In this document: piece after piece, positions 1 to 15,419 of the stretch | Layout of the letters: each line of letters starts with the position of its first letter | How positions within the stretch are numbered: position 1 is the stretch's first letter | Origin: Cycas panzhihuaensis | Taxonomy: Eukaryota; Plantae; Cycadophyta | Length of the DNA: 64,000 bases | Direction of reading: 5' to 3' | NCBI GenBank assembly: GCA_023213395.1 | Contig: CM041465.1 | Location: forward strand, 144,219,741 to 144,283,740 | Notes under the pieces: model-generated | Databases searched by the model: none | Seen by the model: only the letters and a program-made list of their open reading frames with translations | Told to the model about the DNA's origin: nothing | Program-made: the position numbers and the translations under genes

Positions 1-266
1 ACATTATAACATTTAGCTTCAAAATTAAAATCAACCATTTCATCTTTATATTAATTACTATATTCTTCCCCACCCCACACTTTATTTAATTTTTTCTATT
101 ATAACTGATATATAATAAAACCCTTCCCCTTTAATTTTTTCCTAAAATTAGCATTCTCTTTATTATAATATAAGGTATTTATAACCTTTAACCCCTTACT
201 CTTATTATATTTTAAATTTAAATCAATACACCTCTCTTAATTACATTTTTTATTAAAATTAAACTG

Positions 267-268
<2 letters not shown>

Positions 269-299
<31 letters not shown>
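269..299. repeat. (TA)n microsatellite
   Basis: About 15 uninterrupted TA units. Confidence 0.9.
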
Positions 300-301
<2 letters not shown>

Positions 302-1031
302 TCTAATTAAGCCTAATTAACTTTAGGATAAAACTTCTTTAAAATTATGTTCATCTTAGGGCAATTAAAATAAACCAACTACTACATAAAATACACGTAT
401 TGATTAGGACATTAACCCTTCTTTATTGTATTTTTTATCATCCTCACTACAGTGTTCTCCCCTATAACATAATACTTCTTTAAAATATTAATTAAATTCT
501 CTTTTTTAATCAATAAAACTTTTTATAAACCTCATTAAATATTTATAAATTAAATCCTTTTCAACACTAGATTTTAATTATCTTATTTTACTTAACTAAT
601 TAATAAGACCTTTTTTTAATTTAAAATGTCTTTTAAACCATATATCTTTTTTTTTTCTCTGCATTTTGTAGAAGCCCTATAATAAACTTACAACCCATTG
701 TTTACTAACTGACAATAGTAAATCAATAAACCTTTATCTTATTCATATCTATCTCTCAAAACAATAAAATCATAATCTAAAAACTTTAGTTATAAAGTTT
801 TTTTTTCTTAAGTAAAACACTTACTTTGTTAAGGGCGACTATTAATTTTTTAAAAGGGGAACATGTAATTCCTTTTTAAGAGGAAAGGTATTCATTCATC
901 CTACTATGATTTTCAGTTTTTAATCATGCCTATGAAATACTAATCTAATGTTTGGTAACTTTTTTTAAGTGATTATTTTTTCACCTACACTTATATCCTC
1001 TAATCTCTAATCAAACCCTACAATTCCCAAT

Positions 1032-4000
1032 ATGGCTCTAATGTCAAGGACAACCACTTGCATTCCAATTCCAGTTTTAATTGGCTCAAACTATGCTGAC
1101 TGTAGGAATCACATATCCCATCAGCTTAAATAGCAAAAGATATAGTGATATGTAATAAGTGAATTTAAAAAACCAACTGACGTAACTTTAGAAAGCTATA
1201 TGGTATATCTGATGAACTTAGATTCAGCCCTAGGTACCATCTTGAACTCACTTTCACCAAAAATCAGTCAATAGTTTTTTGAAATAGACAATCTAGCCAC
1301 TATCTGGAATACTTTGAAAGAAAAATATGATAAGGTCGATACACATCAACTAGCTGTCTTAGAACAGTAATTGTATGACCTTAATTATGATGATTTTTCT
1401 AAAGTTGGGGATTTTTAATGTAAAATTCAACTAATTAATAAAGACCTAGGTAATTGTACTAAATTTAAAACTAAAGTAGGTGATACTGAACAAATAATCA
1501 CTCATCCTAAAGACGACGATATGCTCATTCATCTTACAATAAACAAATTACCAAACATTTTAATTTTTTTAAAATAACAAGACAACAAGCTGGAATCCTT
1601 CTATAACTTTTAATTAGTTGACAAACAAACTGATAGAACATCAAATGATGTTAATTCAGACAAGCATATTAAAAGATCTTTTCCATGCTTTATTTTCTAA
1701 AACTAAGCCATAAAATAAAAACAAACATCAAAACAACTTTAACAGTAATCTAAAATTTCAGAAACCTCATAGAGGTTCACCACCTAACTCCCAAAATAAT
1801 GTTAAGTATTTTAGTCCTTCTAAACATCAGAACACTTCTAATCAGTCCTTTCCTAATCGAAACAATGTAAATCCTTCTTAGAGCACTAGTTTTGCCTATT
1901 GTCATAAAAGAGGCCACACTATTGATATCTGTAGAAGTAGAATAGCTTTGAAAATATGGAAAGCTTCCAAGGGATTATAAAATCGACCTCAATCCTGACT
2001 ACAAAACTGACAACAAATTCATAATCGTTCTCTAATGGTAATAACTTCTGCATTTGTTACCCTAACTAATCAACCACCACAATGGATCATTAACTCTAGT
2101 GCGTCCCATCATATGATAGGATAATAAAAAAACTTATATACTTATCAATCTGAAACTAACTCTGAAGAAGAGATTTCTTTTGGAAGTAGAACCCAACTTA
2201 AAGTAAAAGGATCAGGTGATGTTACCTTAAAAGATAGTTCAATAAAGGATGTCTTTTATGTACCTGGTTTGTTACCAAACCTACTCTCAGTTTACCAAAT
2301 CTACCAGAAAGACCTTATTATCGAATTCTGGAAAGATAAATTTATTATTAAAGAACTATTAAACAAATTTAAACGTATTACCTTTGGACATGTTGATCAT
2401 AGTACAGGTCTATGTAGTTTAACAAGTTTATAAAATAATAAAACAAAACCCTTCAATGCCTTTATAGTCATATCTGACTTAGTCAGTAAACTATAGCATG
2501 CACAATTTGGCCATACTAATTATGGAAAACTTCAATACCTAAAATGACATGATATGGTTTATGGTCTTCCACCTTTAAATACTGTTTATGGTATCTACGA
2601 AGCCTGTGTAATAGGTAAGCAACACATGGACCCTTTTCCACATAAAACTCAATTCAGAGAAAAAGTTCCACTTGAACTTATTCACTCTGATATATGTGGA
2701 CCACTTCATGTAACATCATATTCTGGCTCTCGTTATTTTGTTACATTTATTGATGATTTTTCTAGAAAATGTTGGGTATACACACTCAAAATACATAGTC
2801 AAGTATTTGATATTTTTATAAATTCAAAACACTTGTTGAAAACCAATCAAACTCAAAAATTAAAATTTCTAGATCTGATAATGCCAAGGAATACTTAAGT
2901 GACAAATTCACTTCCTTCTGTAAGAAGCACAGAATTCAATTTCAGCATTCTGTTGCATACACTCCTCAGCAAAATGGTGTTGTTGAACGCAAGAACTGCA
3001 CTATTGTTGAGATGACTCATTCCATGTTACATGCAAAGAATCTTGATCTAAAATTGTGGGCAGAAGCAATTAACTACTCCAACTATCTTATAAACCGCTT
3101 ACCTAGTAAATACTTATAAAGTATTACTCCAAAAAACTAGTAGTCTGCAAGAAAACCCTAAGTCAATCATTTACAAATCTTTTGAAGCATTGCGTGGGGA
3201 CACGTTCCCAAAGAAAAACGTAAGAAACTAGATCCTAAAAATTAAAAATACATCTTCGTTAGATACAACAAAGAAAGTAAAGCCTATAGACTTTTGGATC
3301 CAGTCACGCATTAAATTTTAATTTGGTGTGACATAATATTTGATGAAAAATGATCTTCTTTAACTTCTACTTATGTAAAACTTCTGGTTGAAAATTTGTT
3401 AACCAACACATATTTGGTTGACCCCTACGATAAATAAGTTGATCTTGAAATTATAGAATCTTTATCTACCCAAGTCCATAATTAGACTTTATCTAAATCT
3501 ATTGAAATAGACTCTTCTTCTCAAGCTAACTCCTTAGCTCAACCTGTATCTACAGAAACAATAACTAACAAATGGCCTGTATGGGCAAAGAAAATACTTA
3601 CTGACGTTGGATCTGATGTAGGTAATCTTTCAGATACCAAGCGAACACATGCCTCAAAATTACATGTTAACTATGTTTTAATATTCAAAATAATAGACAA
3701 TAATGATCCTAAAACCTTTAAACAAACTAGTAACAATCATGTATGGAAGGAAGCTATGCAAGTTGAATTTGACACTTTAAACAAGAATTCAACTTGGGAT
3801 CTTGTACCACTCCTATCAGGGAAAAATGTAGTTGATTGTAAATGGGTTTACAGAACCAAATACAACTCAACAGGCACAATTGAATACTATAAAGCTCGCT
3901 TAGTCACAAAAGGATTTTCAAAAATTGATGGCATAAATTATAACGAAACCTTTACCCCTATTGAAAAGATGAATACTATAAAAATAATTCTTGCTCTAGC

Positions 4001-5249
4001 AGCCAAGTTTGGTTAGGAAATCCATCAAATGGATGTAAAGAGCACATTCATGACTAATGATCTCAAAGAAGAGATCTACATGTCTCAACCACCTAGCTTT
4101 ATTAATAATCCTAATTTAGTTTGTAAACTAAAGAAATATATTTATAGATTAAAACAAGCTCCTCAAGCTTAGTACACTAAAGTTGACGATTATCTAATTC
4201 AAATTATATACACTAGATGTATTAGTGATCTAAATCTTTATTTCAAATATGAAAATAAAAATATTACCATTTTAATCATGTATGTTGATGATATCATCAT
4301 CACTAGATCATCAACAAATAACATTCATCACTTAAAAATAACTTTAATGAATAAATTTGAAATGACCGATCTAGGTCTCCTACATTATTTTCTTGGATTA
4401 TAAATTTATCAAAATGATTTAAAAATAATTATATCCCAACTAAAATATATTTTAGACTTAATTAAATGGTTTAACATGGAAAATGCTAAACCCGTCTCTA
4501 ATCCATTACAATTAGAAGTAAAACTATCTCTTGATTGTTCTACACCTTTATGTGATCCAACCTTATATAGGCAACTTATTAGTAGTCTTATTTATTTAAC
4601 TCATACCCACCCTGATATATCTTATGATGTCGCTTTATGTTTACGTTATATGCAAAAGCCACATGAATCACATTGGAAAGCTACTAAATGTATATTACGA
4701 TATCTTCAGAACACTATTTTTTATGGACTAACTTATAATTTTTACAGTAAACCTTTAACCTTAATCGGATGTACTGATTCAAACTGGGTATGTGACATAA
4801 ATGATCATAAGTCTACATCAGGTTATGTATTCTTTCTAGATTCTTCACCCATTACTTAGTCTAGTAAAAAAATGCAGGCACTAACTCTATCAATGACTGA
4901 AGTTAAATATCGAGCACTCGTTGAAGGCAACAAAGAAGCACTTTGGCTAAAATCTCTTCTAAATGAAATTGGTCTATCTCCTAACTCTTCTATAGAACTT
5001 AAAGTTAATAATCAATGTGTCATTGCTATTGCTAAAATTCTGGTTGTACATTCTAGAACTAAATATATAGAATTACATCAGCATTTTATTCGTAATCTTG
5101 TTACTAATAATATTGTTCATTTGTCTTATTGTCCTACAGATCTACAAGTTGCTGACATACTCATAAAGTCTTTGACTGAAGTCAAGTTTCTAAACCTACG
5201 AGATTTGTTAAAGATAAAAGAAGTCTCCATCAAAGAGGGATCAACGTGA
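1032..5249 (+). pseudogene. copia gag-pol of element A with many stops and frameshifts
   Basis: LIGSNYAD (Gag N-terminus), CAYCHKRGH-like knuckle near 1895, protease WIINSSASHHM near 2083, integrase LELIHSDICGP...FIDDFSRKCWVY, RT NSTWDLVP...CKWVY...KARLV, RNase H GCTDSNW...KSTSGYVF and SRTKYIELHQHFIR. Confidence 0.9.
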
Positions 5250-5296
5250 TGAAGGCCTTCTTTTTCTATATTATAAAAGCTAACATTAAAGGGGGA

Positions 5297-5749
5297 TGTT
5301 AAGATTATTAATGTTAGTTTTATTTAATTATTATGTTATATTTATGTCACATGTGTAAATAAACATTTAAGTGATTCAAAGGTTTAAAGTTATTAGTTTA
5401 TGTTACTATTTTATTATTATGTGAAGTTCGCTGGAAATGCGCAATTACCCATTTCAATGAACCTTTCTTGTTATTAATACCCTCTCCTAGATTCAAGGAG
5501 GTGGTTTTGAGAATCTAGGAGGTTGTCCAAAGCCTGTTTCAAAGGCTGGTCTTTTATATTTAGATGGTACTTTTATTAAGGTCTTTGTATAGTTTTTGAT
5601 ATAAATAAAATCATAGCTTAGGAGGTGGTTTTTGTTCCCCAGAAAGGGTTTTCCACCTGGTAAAACCTGTGTATGTGTGCAATGTTTATTTACTTGTGAT
5701 TTTCTATCTTCTTGATCCTGTGACATTGTGCATAATACCTATTCTGATA
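5297..5749 (+). repeat. 3' LTR of copia A (end approximate)
   Basis: Starts TGTTAAG directly after PPT; contains TATAAATA near 5600; no partner LTR in window to fix the end. Confidence 0.6.
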
Positions 5750-7379
5750 GAATTGAATAAAACAAAGGGTTGAAATAGAGACTAATGGCAAATTTGAAAT
5801 GTCTAGGAAAAGCATGAATGTTTATGCATTTAATATTTGAAATAAAGGTTTGTTACAATTATGTTAAAATCTATAATATAGAGTAAAATATTCTTATAGT
5901 ACCCATCCATAGCCATGATCACTTTGAAATGTATAATCATAAATCATGAATGACTTATCAAGGTGGTTAAAGATAGGGTCTCCAAAAGTAGCCATGATTA
6001 TGTTACTTCATTAGCTAGAAGTTCATAATTATGAAATGATGATGGTTGTTGCTATGTTTGCTCTTGCATAAAGATCGTGATAACTTAGAGATGTCTTTCG
6101 AAAACCATATAAGAACATGCCATTGCATTGTCTACAAACTCAATTTGTCATAATGTAAAGATATACTAAATACAATTGTGGTTATTATGTAAAGTACTAA
6201 ATATGCTCATCATCTACAAAGATAGTTATCGTGGAAGCATTGTACCCTCTAAATAAGGAACTAGATACTTATGTATTTATTCTTGGATTCTTGAATGATT
6301 GTGGTTATGGAAATATTCCTTGTATAGTCAATGGCGAGGGATCAAGCCTCTGCCAATGATGCCTTACGTTAGTATGAAGCTTTAGTACTCATAGTCTTCT
6401 TATTGGTAGGGTCATTATTTATATTCCTACCAGCCTAGGTTATTTATTGGTTCATGCAACTAGTGTAAGAAAATGAAGTTCGGGGAGCTCTTATTATAAT
6501 CCATGTCAACAAGATGAGACTATTTATTCAAATGACAACAATACAATGAATTGACTAATTCATCACCTAAAACTCTAATGTGCAAGTCAAAATTTAACAT
6601 TGAATTAAAAAAATTATAAACTATTTAAAAATTAAATTATATTAAATGTAATTTAGAATCTGGACATGCACGAACATCAAAATTTATTAAGGCATATTTA
6701 ATTTTTTTTTAAATATTAAATTTATATTAATTAGATTAGATATATGTTTGGAATTTGTTAGCCTCCTAACCTTCTAGCAGTTAGTTAGATTGAGGATGTA
6801 ACACAACTAACAAGCCAATGAAAAGTAGGCTAAACTGATTTTCTTAAGTAACGTTCACTTTTTCATGACATACAAATAATTTTTTTAGCATAACTCTTTA
6901 TTAGAGTGTTAGATTTAGGCATTGTCAATTGTGTGGGAAAGAGAATTTTGAGACAGTTAAAATGACTAGTCATGAGACATGTTTCAAAAATTAGAAAATA
7001 AATATTTTAATGAGTAAAGTTGAGAAAAGTAGTTTTGACTTTATAACATATCTATTTTTTTAGCAATTTTAAATATGTTTTGGCATATTTTAACGTTTTT
7101 TAAGGCTCTTAAGTTATAATGATGAGATTGATGATAGATGAAGGAAGAAAAGGCAGTTTTATTTAAGAGTGGATATTAAAGTCTTATTTATAATAAGTTA
7201 ATGCTTAAAATTAAAAATGTAGGACACATTTAATATAAATTTATTATGGGAATCTTAGATATATCAAACATAATGAAACCCCCCTTTAATACTTAACATA
7301 TTTAGTGAAGTGTAATCGCCAACACTAATCAAATTCAATGATCACTTAGTTTATTATTAATTACATGATAATTAATGAC

Positions 7380-8830
7380 ACCACTTGATATTTGTTGATA
7401 AAGGGATCATTGTTATGTGAAGTTGTGTGTTGAAGAGCTAATGAGATGATGTCATTTCCACCTATTTATGAGACATGGAGAAAAAGTTTCATATGTTGAT
7501 TACTTAGCATATAAAAATCAATAATTGAGAAATCTAACTAGTATTAAATATATGTTCATTAGTGAGAAATTTGACTTGTTATGTATGAAAAGAGGCATGG
7601 GAATACACAGTCTATATTACCTTATTACAACTAACTTGACTTGGCTAGGTGGTATACCCTATTCTTAGAGTTAGTATGTTTAGTTTATTAATTTGTTGAT
7701 GTTGATGATATTTTATTAGTTGCTTAAAAAAACCATAGAAGATGTGTACAAAAGTGTGCAAAAGCATTGATGGAGATAGCACATAAATTATTTGCTTGTA
7801 TATAAGAGGTAAGATGAATGATGCTACTACTATACAATATATAACAAGTATTGTTATTCTCATATGCAAGAGGCGAGATGTTCATGCTACTCTTATATAA
7901 CATATTTGCCTGACATCTAACATAGTTTTGTTTGTTGATAAACCACATACAAGAAACATTTCCTAAAGAACTGGTGATTATAATAGTCATTAGCTTATAT
8001 ATTTCGGTAGATGGTTATTGTTTTATATAGATATTAGCAATCATTTTAATTCATGAGATTTTGATAAGATGACAGATTGATAGTATTAATGTTTATTACA
8101 ACTTTACAAATGAAGATATAAAGTTGTTAAGGAGAAAACTTCATATAATATGATAAGTAAAAGTCATGAATTAAGATTGGTTTATAGCTTTAGAGGTGGA
8201 TGCTCATAGTTAGTTATTGATGACCATATAATGGTTTGATTATAGATTCATAGGTTAATTCTTGTAAGAGACAAGCATGATAAAGACAGGTTATAGGTTT
8301 TTCAAGTTATAGGTGATACAACTTTATTCAGTTTAATAGAAATTTACATAAGTTTATAGATTCTAACATACAAGAAAAGTATAAAATAAATAAAGGCAAA
8401 AGATGAATATAAAGATTATAAATTGAAGATATTAAATATTAAGTTGGGATGTTAGAATATGTAATATTTTCACATATCTAATATTTAATATAAAGTTGTG
8501 CTTTCACACAATCTCACACATAAAAGTATTGATAAGTGTGACACATATAATTATTCATATATACATCCTATTGGATGATGAAAAGGCTTAAGAGATATTA
8601 TAAGCTATTCATGATATTGCAAATCTATAAATTTGTGCACATACTACTTGGTAACTTGAGAGATGGAGGATTAACTTGGAGATATAATCATTTGAAGATC
8701 ATAAAGAGGAGCTCCTAACTCTAACCTTCTTCTATGCTTTTTCCACACTAGGTTTTCCATATATAAATATATTCTCTTGTGGTGATGCTTATTATATATT
8801 TGTTGATATGATATTACTTTATGTTCATGA
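7380..8830 (+). mobile_element. Very decayed Ty3/gypsy integrase remnant and possible 3' LTR
   Basis: Faint matches to MAHFIPC..DDA (near 7776-7830) and AYHPQTDG (near 7994-8015); GTTGGGA then TGTTAGAA at 8449 resembles PPT plus LTR start. Confidence 0.3.
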
Positions 8831-11800
8831 TATTGCTTGATACGTTAATTTTACATTACATGAGTTGTGTATATAATCCTCATGATATGAATGATTAATT
8901 TTACTTCTTTGATATGTTTCCACTATGCATGATGAGTTCATTCTAATATGATATATTAGAGAATTAAAATTCCAATAATAATTTATTTTTTTTAATTTAA
9001 AAGTTAAAGAAATACCCCCTTTGAGATGTTTAATATAGGGATTGGGTAATATTATGAGAGGATTCACAAATTATGATGTAGCCATGTTACTCAAAGTAAG
9101 CATTAGTTAAAAAAATAATACCTAGTCACTATATAGGCCCAAAATCTAGGAAATATAGGTGTAATAAATCTAATACGAAATCCTTATCCTCTTAGTGAAA
9201 TATAATTAGTTCAATCCTTACCTTTAGGAGTAGTATATCCACCTCTTCCTTTAGGTAATACTTACATCATATAATCTTTTGTCCTCTTATTTTTGAGATT
9301 ACCCTAACAATTTATAAGTCTAAATTCCTTATGTCCTCTCTATAATGGTGTTCTTCCTATACTTGTTATTAATTTTATTCTGCCTAACTTCTCTTCAACT
9401 ATTAAAGATAATTGATAGGCTTCATCAATAGTTCTTGTCTAATTTAAGGTTAGCTCATTTCGAATAGCATAATTCGGGCTATTCACAAATCTAATTATCT
9501 TTTACTCCTCATTCTCACTTTGTTTAGTCCTAATAGACAATTTATAAAAACTCCTCTGTGTACTCTAACACACTCTTCTTCCTTTAACTTAAGTTTCAGT
9601 ATTGCTTGAATAAATCTTTATTACAATCCATGTGTATAAATTTCTCCTTTATCTTGGCTACCATATCACTCCATTTTATAACCTTCAACTAGCCATTCCC
9701 CCCTTTAGAATCTCAATTTTTATTGAACTCCTCTTCTTACTGAAGAACTTAACTAATAATTCCTGAATATTAATTAGACATTACTCTTGCTCTTTATGTC
9801 TAGCATTCTTTCATTCTAATTATATGTCATCTCCCAACCTCAATCTCTTCCCTTCTTCTTCTTTTCTTTTTATCGAGAACTCTAACACTTTAGGTTTTAT
9901 CATTTTGACCCCTCTTGCATTCCTTCTCAACATCCTATGAGGCTTCTTTTCAAGCTTAAACTCAATTACAAATGTTAAAGATAGTTTCCTTTGGCTCCCT
10001 AACTATTTGATGCTTCAACTTTTTGGCACCCTTAGCTTTAATATCATAAATGATGTAGGGCTCTCCTTATCCATAACATACTAATCTCTTAATGATTTAG
10101 TACCTTTCCAAGACAAAGAAATATGACAACCCATAAAGAAGATAATGAACAAATAAAATACTGACCCACAATACCTAATATAGTATCCATGATCTTTTTA
10201 AAATGAATATTTAATTTCTATATATAAATATACATTATAAAGAGAACACCTAAAAGGGATAATATTACACTATGGCCCCTAGCTAAGTTTTACTCACCCT
10301 TTATTCTCTCTTAAACCACTATCTTAAGAGTCAATACCCTATAAGCCAAAAAATCCCTTCCCATTTAGCCCAAGTCCCACATATCCTTGTTTTGAGTCCT
10401 TTTTCTTCCTCTTGTCATCAACCACAACTCTAAGTTTTTTATTGTGGATTTGATCATTGCTCTAATCTCCTTCACACTGTATCCTTTAAAATCCATTGTG
10501 CTTTGTCACATTCCACTCATAAGTCTTTAAGGTATAACAAGTGCATGTAGATCCCTATCTTAAATGACATTAGTAATGGATTAACATGCACAATGTGTTG
10601 CCGCTATTGGTGTGCTTCGCATGAATAATAGATTATGATTATTTGGCATGCAATTTGGTTGATAGGATCCTTCTTATATAACTATTAATCTTCTTATATT
10701 TCTATAATTTCGTGAATTGGCCACATGTTTACAATCCAATAACCTCTAATCATTTATAACTTACTCCATTCTTGTTCTCTTTGATATAGCCAACCTTATG
10801 TAAATCTTCCAGGTGTGAAGTTATTACATTGATGACATGCATCCATGATCTAATAGTTGTAGTTTAACTTACATATATATCTTCTCATGATAACTCACTC
10901 ACCACACCCAAATAAGTGATATACTTTTTTGCCAAATTCACTAGATGATGCCATGTGTCCTCTATTTGATGGTAGTATTTTAATCACAACTTCACTTCTC
11001 AACAAAAGTTCTAAACTTTATCTCTTTTCCAAGTAATCAGTCTACTTGTGAGTTGCTTTGAGTATGGCCACTTGTTCTTTAAATCATCAATGATGATTTA
11101 TTTGTAGCTTACCACCTCGATGGCTCATAACTCATAATGTTTGATTTCCCCATCATACTTTATGTGAAGCCACTTCTTATGAAGCATAACTTATAAAGCC
11201 TATATATTCGTACACCTACATTTTACGAATATTAAACTCTGTGAACTTTATTTTCTTGCAAAAGACTTATGAAGCTTACTAAGATTACTCATTCATGTAG
11301 ACTGCTTTACGAACAAAATCTCCTAAGTCTAATAGCCAAAAATACATATGTATATGGATACTCTACGTTAGACACATATGAATTGATTTAATGATGTTTA
11401 ATGGTATAATGAATCATATATTTATATCATTTATGTATAAAAAGGTATATTTTCTAAATAAAAATGTAAACCTTTTATTAACTTAACTATAATTAATTAT
11501 CATCTAATGATTGATCATTAAGAATAATATGTATAATTAATTATTTTATTTAACTATCTATTGTTTATTTAGCCTTGTACATACTTGTTTAGATCTATTA
11601 TATATTAATAACCTTGAATGAATTATAAACTAGGTTAAAAAAAATGGTTAAGTACATTATAAATGACAATAAATGTTATAGATCTTATATATCCACCTAA
11701 AAAATGATTATTTTAATATTTTTATTCCAAAATTATTTTATATAGCTATAATTAAATAAAATGGAGAAATGTAATGATTATAAATATTTTGTAAATATTT

Positions 11801-14800
11801 ATTTGATTTATAAAATAATACAAATGAATGAATGGTTTTCATCGATTATTAGCGCTCAACAAAATGATATTTATGGCTAGTACAAATACTAATATATGTT
11901 ATATATAAGTACTCAATCTTTGTAATAATTCTTTATAATAATGGTTTATGCATAAGGGAGAAGGGTAAGAGTTGTATTGACAATTGTAATGGCAATGCTA
12001 TTAATGAATGTCCCAACATTCAATAAACAACATGTTAGTTATTGAATTTTGTGTCTATCTCAAGTGGATAACTAATGATAGCTATTATTAATACCTTAAA
12101 ACATATATGCCATAATATGAGAAGTTTAGGATATGACATTGGTTATGTGTTAATACATATATATGTTAATCAAAATAGTACACAACTTCTCCCTTTACAA
12201 TCTCATGTACATTTTAAAGGAAAGTTAATTAAAGTTAAGGCATAGATACATATAGAATATCTAAGGAGTTATGATGGACTTTTCTTAACTTTCTTTCTAT
12301 GAAGCCATGTTTCATGATTTCCTAAGCTTGGTTATTATTATAATAGATGATTAATGATAGTTGTGGATGTAGATGCAAAGGTATTTGAGTGAAAGATATT
12401 AATTTTAAATATAGATTATAATTTAATATTTAGTAGGCAAAGATATATCCATTAATAGTTGAGGCCTTTGATAAAATATGGCTACATTTATATAAAGTAT
12501 CTTATTATCTCTTCTTTTGCTACTCTTAATAATTGAGTAAGAAACCTTTTATTTTATTTAGTAAATTTATTATCTTTAATGAGCATTATAATCTAAATAT
12601 TCTAAGAAAGAAATTAACCATTGTCTCATAATATCTCATGTATGCTTTTGCATCTTTCTCCTTATATTAATCATTTATATATTCTTAGATTGTATTGGAA
12701 AATAAGTGAGGCCAATTCCTTAATTAATTTTCTATTGATTTCCTCCTAATGATTAATCACTCTAATAGGCAAGGCATCATGTTATACTTTAGAATTAACG
12801 ACAAAACATTAGAAAATGAAGTGGTTAAATGTAATATATTTTTTGTTCTCTTATGATGAGTTGCTCATACCAACTTACATGTGTATGTTTGTCTTGATAT
12901 ACATTTCAAAATTTCTAAAAGCATTTCCTAGGGTGGTGTTTTGCTTCAACCAATTTTATATCGCTATCCTATATGACATTAAGTCATGCCCATCATGATA
13001 TTTAGATAACTTACCATGAGCTATCTTAAGAGATAAAGCTTTACCTTTCCTTTTAACATTGGGGTCTAATTTAATACTTAAGTTGAGGAAGTTCCATATA
13101 ATTTTGAAGTTAGGATAGGTGATATCTTTATAATTGCCTAGATTTTAAATTAATCATGTATTTACAAGCCAAATTATAAGTAAATTAACCCTAAATAATA
13201 TTATTCTTTATCATTTAAAGACATCTTTTAGTAAATTCTCAAAGGTACCTATGAACCTTAGGGGAAAGAGGTGGCTCATATGAGTAGGAGGCCCAGGCCA
13301 AAAAAGGAAGTTAGATGACTTCCTCTCAAGACACTATGCATTTTCATAAATGCAAATGTAGAGATACAAGGTGAATCAACAAGGTAGAGATGTGTGTTCA
13401 AAAAAAGGAGACGTAAAAGGGGCATGCAAAAGATTTGACTTCCTAACTAAATTGAATAAGAAGTAATAAGTGAAAAGGTCCTAAAGACTATAAGAGTCAT
13501 CAAGGTGTAAATCCCCTAAAGACTAATGTAGTCCTATGAACTTGATCCCAAATTCTAACCCCCCTAAGATATTGATCTTTCCAATCGTGCGTAACTCATT
13601 GCCACTACTTACGTTAACTCAATCTAAACTAAGTAAGGGGGCTAGATAGGAGACTAAACAAAAAGGAATTAGACTATGGGATTAACTCACTCAAGGGTAA
13701 GTAATTAGGGACTCCTCCTTCTAGTAATAACTCACCTGTAAACGTGGGAGGTCTAGAAGATACCCATGTCTAATTCTAAAAATAAGTCTCTACAACTCCC
13801 AAAGGTGAAATAAAGAGAAAAAACTACTCTCAACTAAAAAAATAATGTTCACTTGATTCTCTCAGCCATAAGCAACTGGGATAATTGCTACTTACTAGAC
13901 AATTTAGAACATGAAGAAGTCTTTCTCAACCTCGAGTGTAAGACCACCATTGCTTAATTGATGATGAAATCTAGTTAAGGTTAAGTAGCTTCTCCTCTAG
14001 CACAAGTGAGACCCTACCCATAGAAAGGCTAGAGGACAGAGAACAAAAAGCTAAATGTAGTAATATGCCATTTTAATTGAGTGCACACAAATAACCTAAC
14101 TAAATATAATGGACTTATAACCCATGGGTTTAGAAACTCGTAATAGCATGTTGAATCTAGAGAGTAATTAAGTCTCCTAAATGCCAATTTGATCCTTCAA
14201 AAAGACCCTTTTATTTTCTTCTTTTTCTTTTATGTGTGCTTAATTAAGCTAAAAAATAACAGAAATAAATATGTAGTACAAAACATGCCTAAAATGGAAA
14301 TGCCTAAGTTAAAAAACATGATGAAATGTATTCAACAATATGTGTAAGAACCTATTGTTGCAAGTTTATTATATGTGTTTGAGAGTGTGGTGTTCCGAAC
14401 CACGTTTGGAGGTTATATTGTAATGTTTTTAATTTGTTGTTGTTTCCAATAGAGTAAGATATAGCTCAAAGTTTTAATTGTCACCTAGAAAGATATAAGC
14501 CGTATTACATATAACTTATAAACAAGTCAATGATTATTGTAGAAAAGAAAATGTTGAAAGCAAATAATAAAAATGATAAATAAAACCTAAGAACAATGTA
14601 TGAAACTTATTAAGTCATGATGATCATTGCTATAATATACTCCATGAACTAGCCCTACTAAACTTATAGTAAATAGCCAAAAATATCTACTTACAAGTGT
14701 GCACATCATAAATGAGGAGCAACATATTAAGTGAAGTTAAAACTATCAAAGTGAAGTGCATAAAATTCGTAGAAATAAATGCAATCTTAAAACCCTAAAA

Positions 14801-15419
14801 TGGAAATTATAAAAACCTTAGATATTGGAAACACAACAAAATGATGAAAATGAACCCTATAACATCCCAAAATCTATGTTATTAGAAGAATATTATATGT
14901 TCTTTAAGATGGCAAGCTTCTACTAGAGTTATGAAATCTCAAAGTAATGGTTTTTATGTTTCTAAAGTGAATAGGAAATTAGGGTTTTTGTCCATTTTTG
15001 GTAAACTATATGAATTTTGTTAAATATAAATGATTTGTTAATTTATTCATTTCATTATGTTTCTAAAACCAGTTTGCTTTTATAAATAATAATTAAAGTT
15101 TATTTACCAAGTGTAAGGTTTTTAGCACAATCTGAAGTTGGAAAACAACATTTCCAAAGTTGCCAACACAATGTATAAATTAGGGTTTCAACTTACTATG
15201 TATGACATGTAAACAATTCATTTCAAAATAAAGTTTGTGAGCTTCGTGTAATATTAATCAATTAAGAAAATCAATGCAATGACATCAAGAAACTAGAAAT
15301 GACATTGAATTTATAACAAACTAAAAAAAAACCTGATCACTAATGTGCTTTAAAGGCTCGTCAACTTTCTCATTCATCTTTAATCATCTTTACTAATTAT
15401 GGGATTCTCTTAACATTGA

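Larger units (their letters stand above)
1..5749 (+). mobile_element. Ty1/copia LTR retrotransposon A, decayed; 5' LTR not seen in window
   Basis: Domain order Gag-PR-IN-RT-RH; PPT AAAGGGGGA at 5288-5296 followed by TG at 5297. Right end and assignment of 1-1030 as leader are approximate. Confidence 0.88.

Noticed and set aside
6040-6210. Second copia RNase H remnant (AIALSTNSICHN)
   Set aside because: Too decayed to support without alignment.
9000-15400. Possible gag, transposase and LTR remnants in AT-rich DNA
   Set aside because: No motif, terminal repeat pair or TSD could be confirmed by eye.
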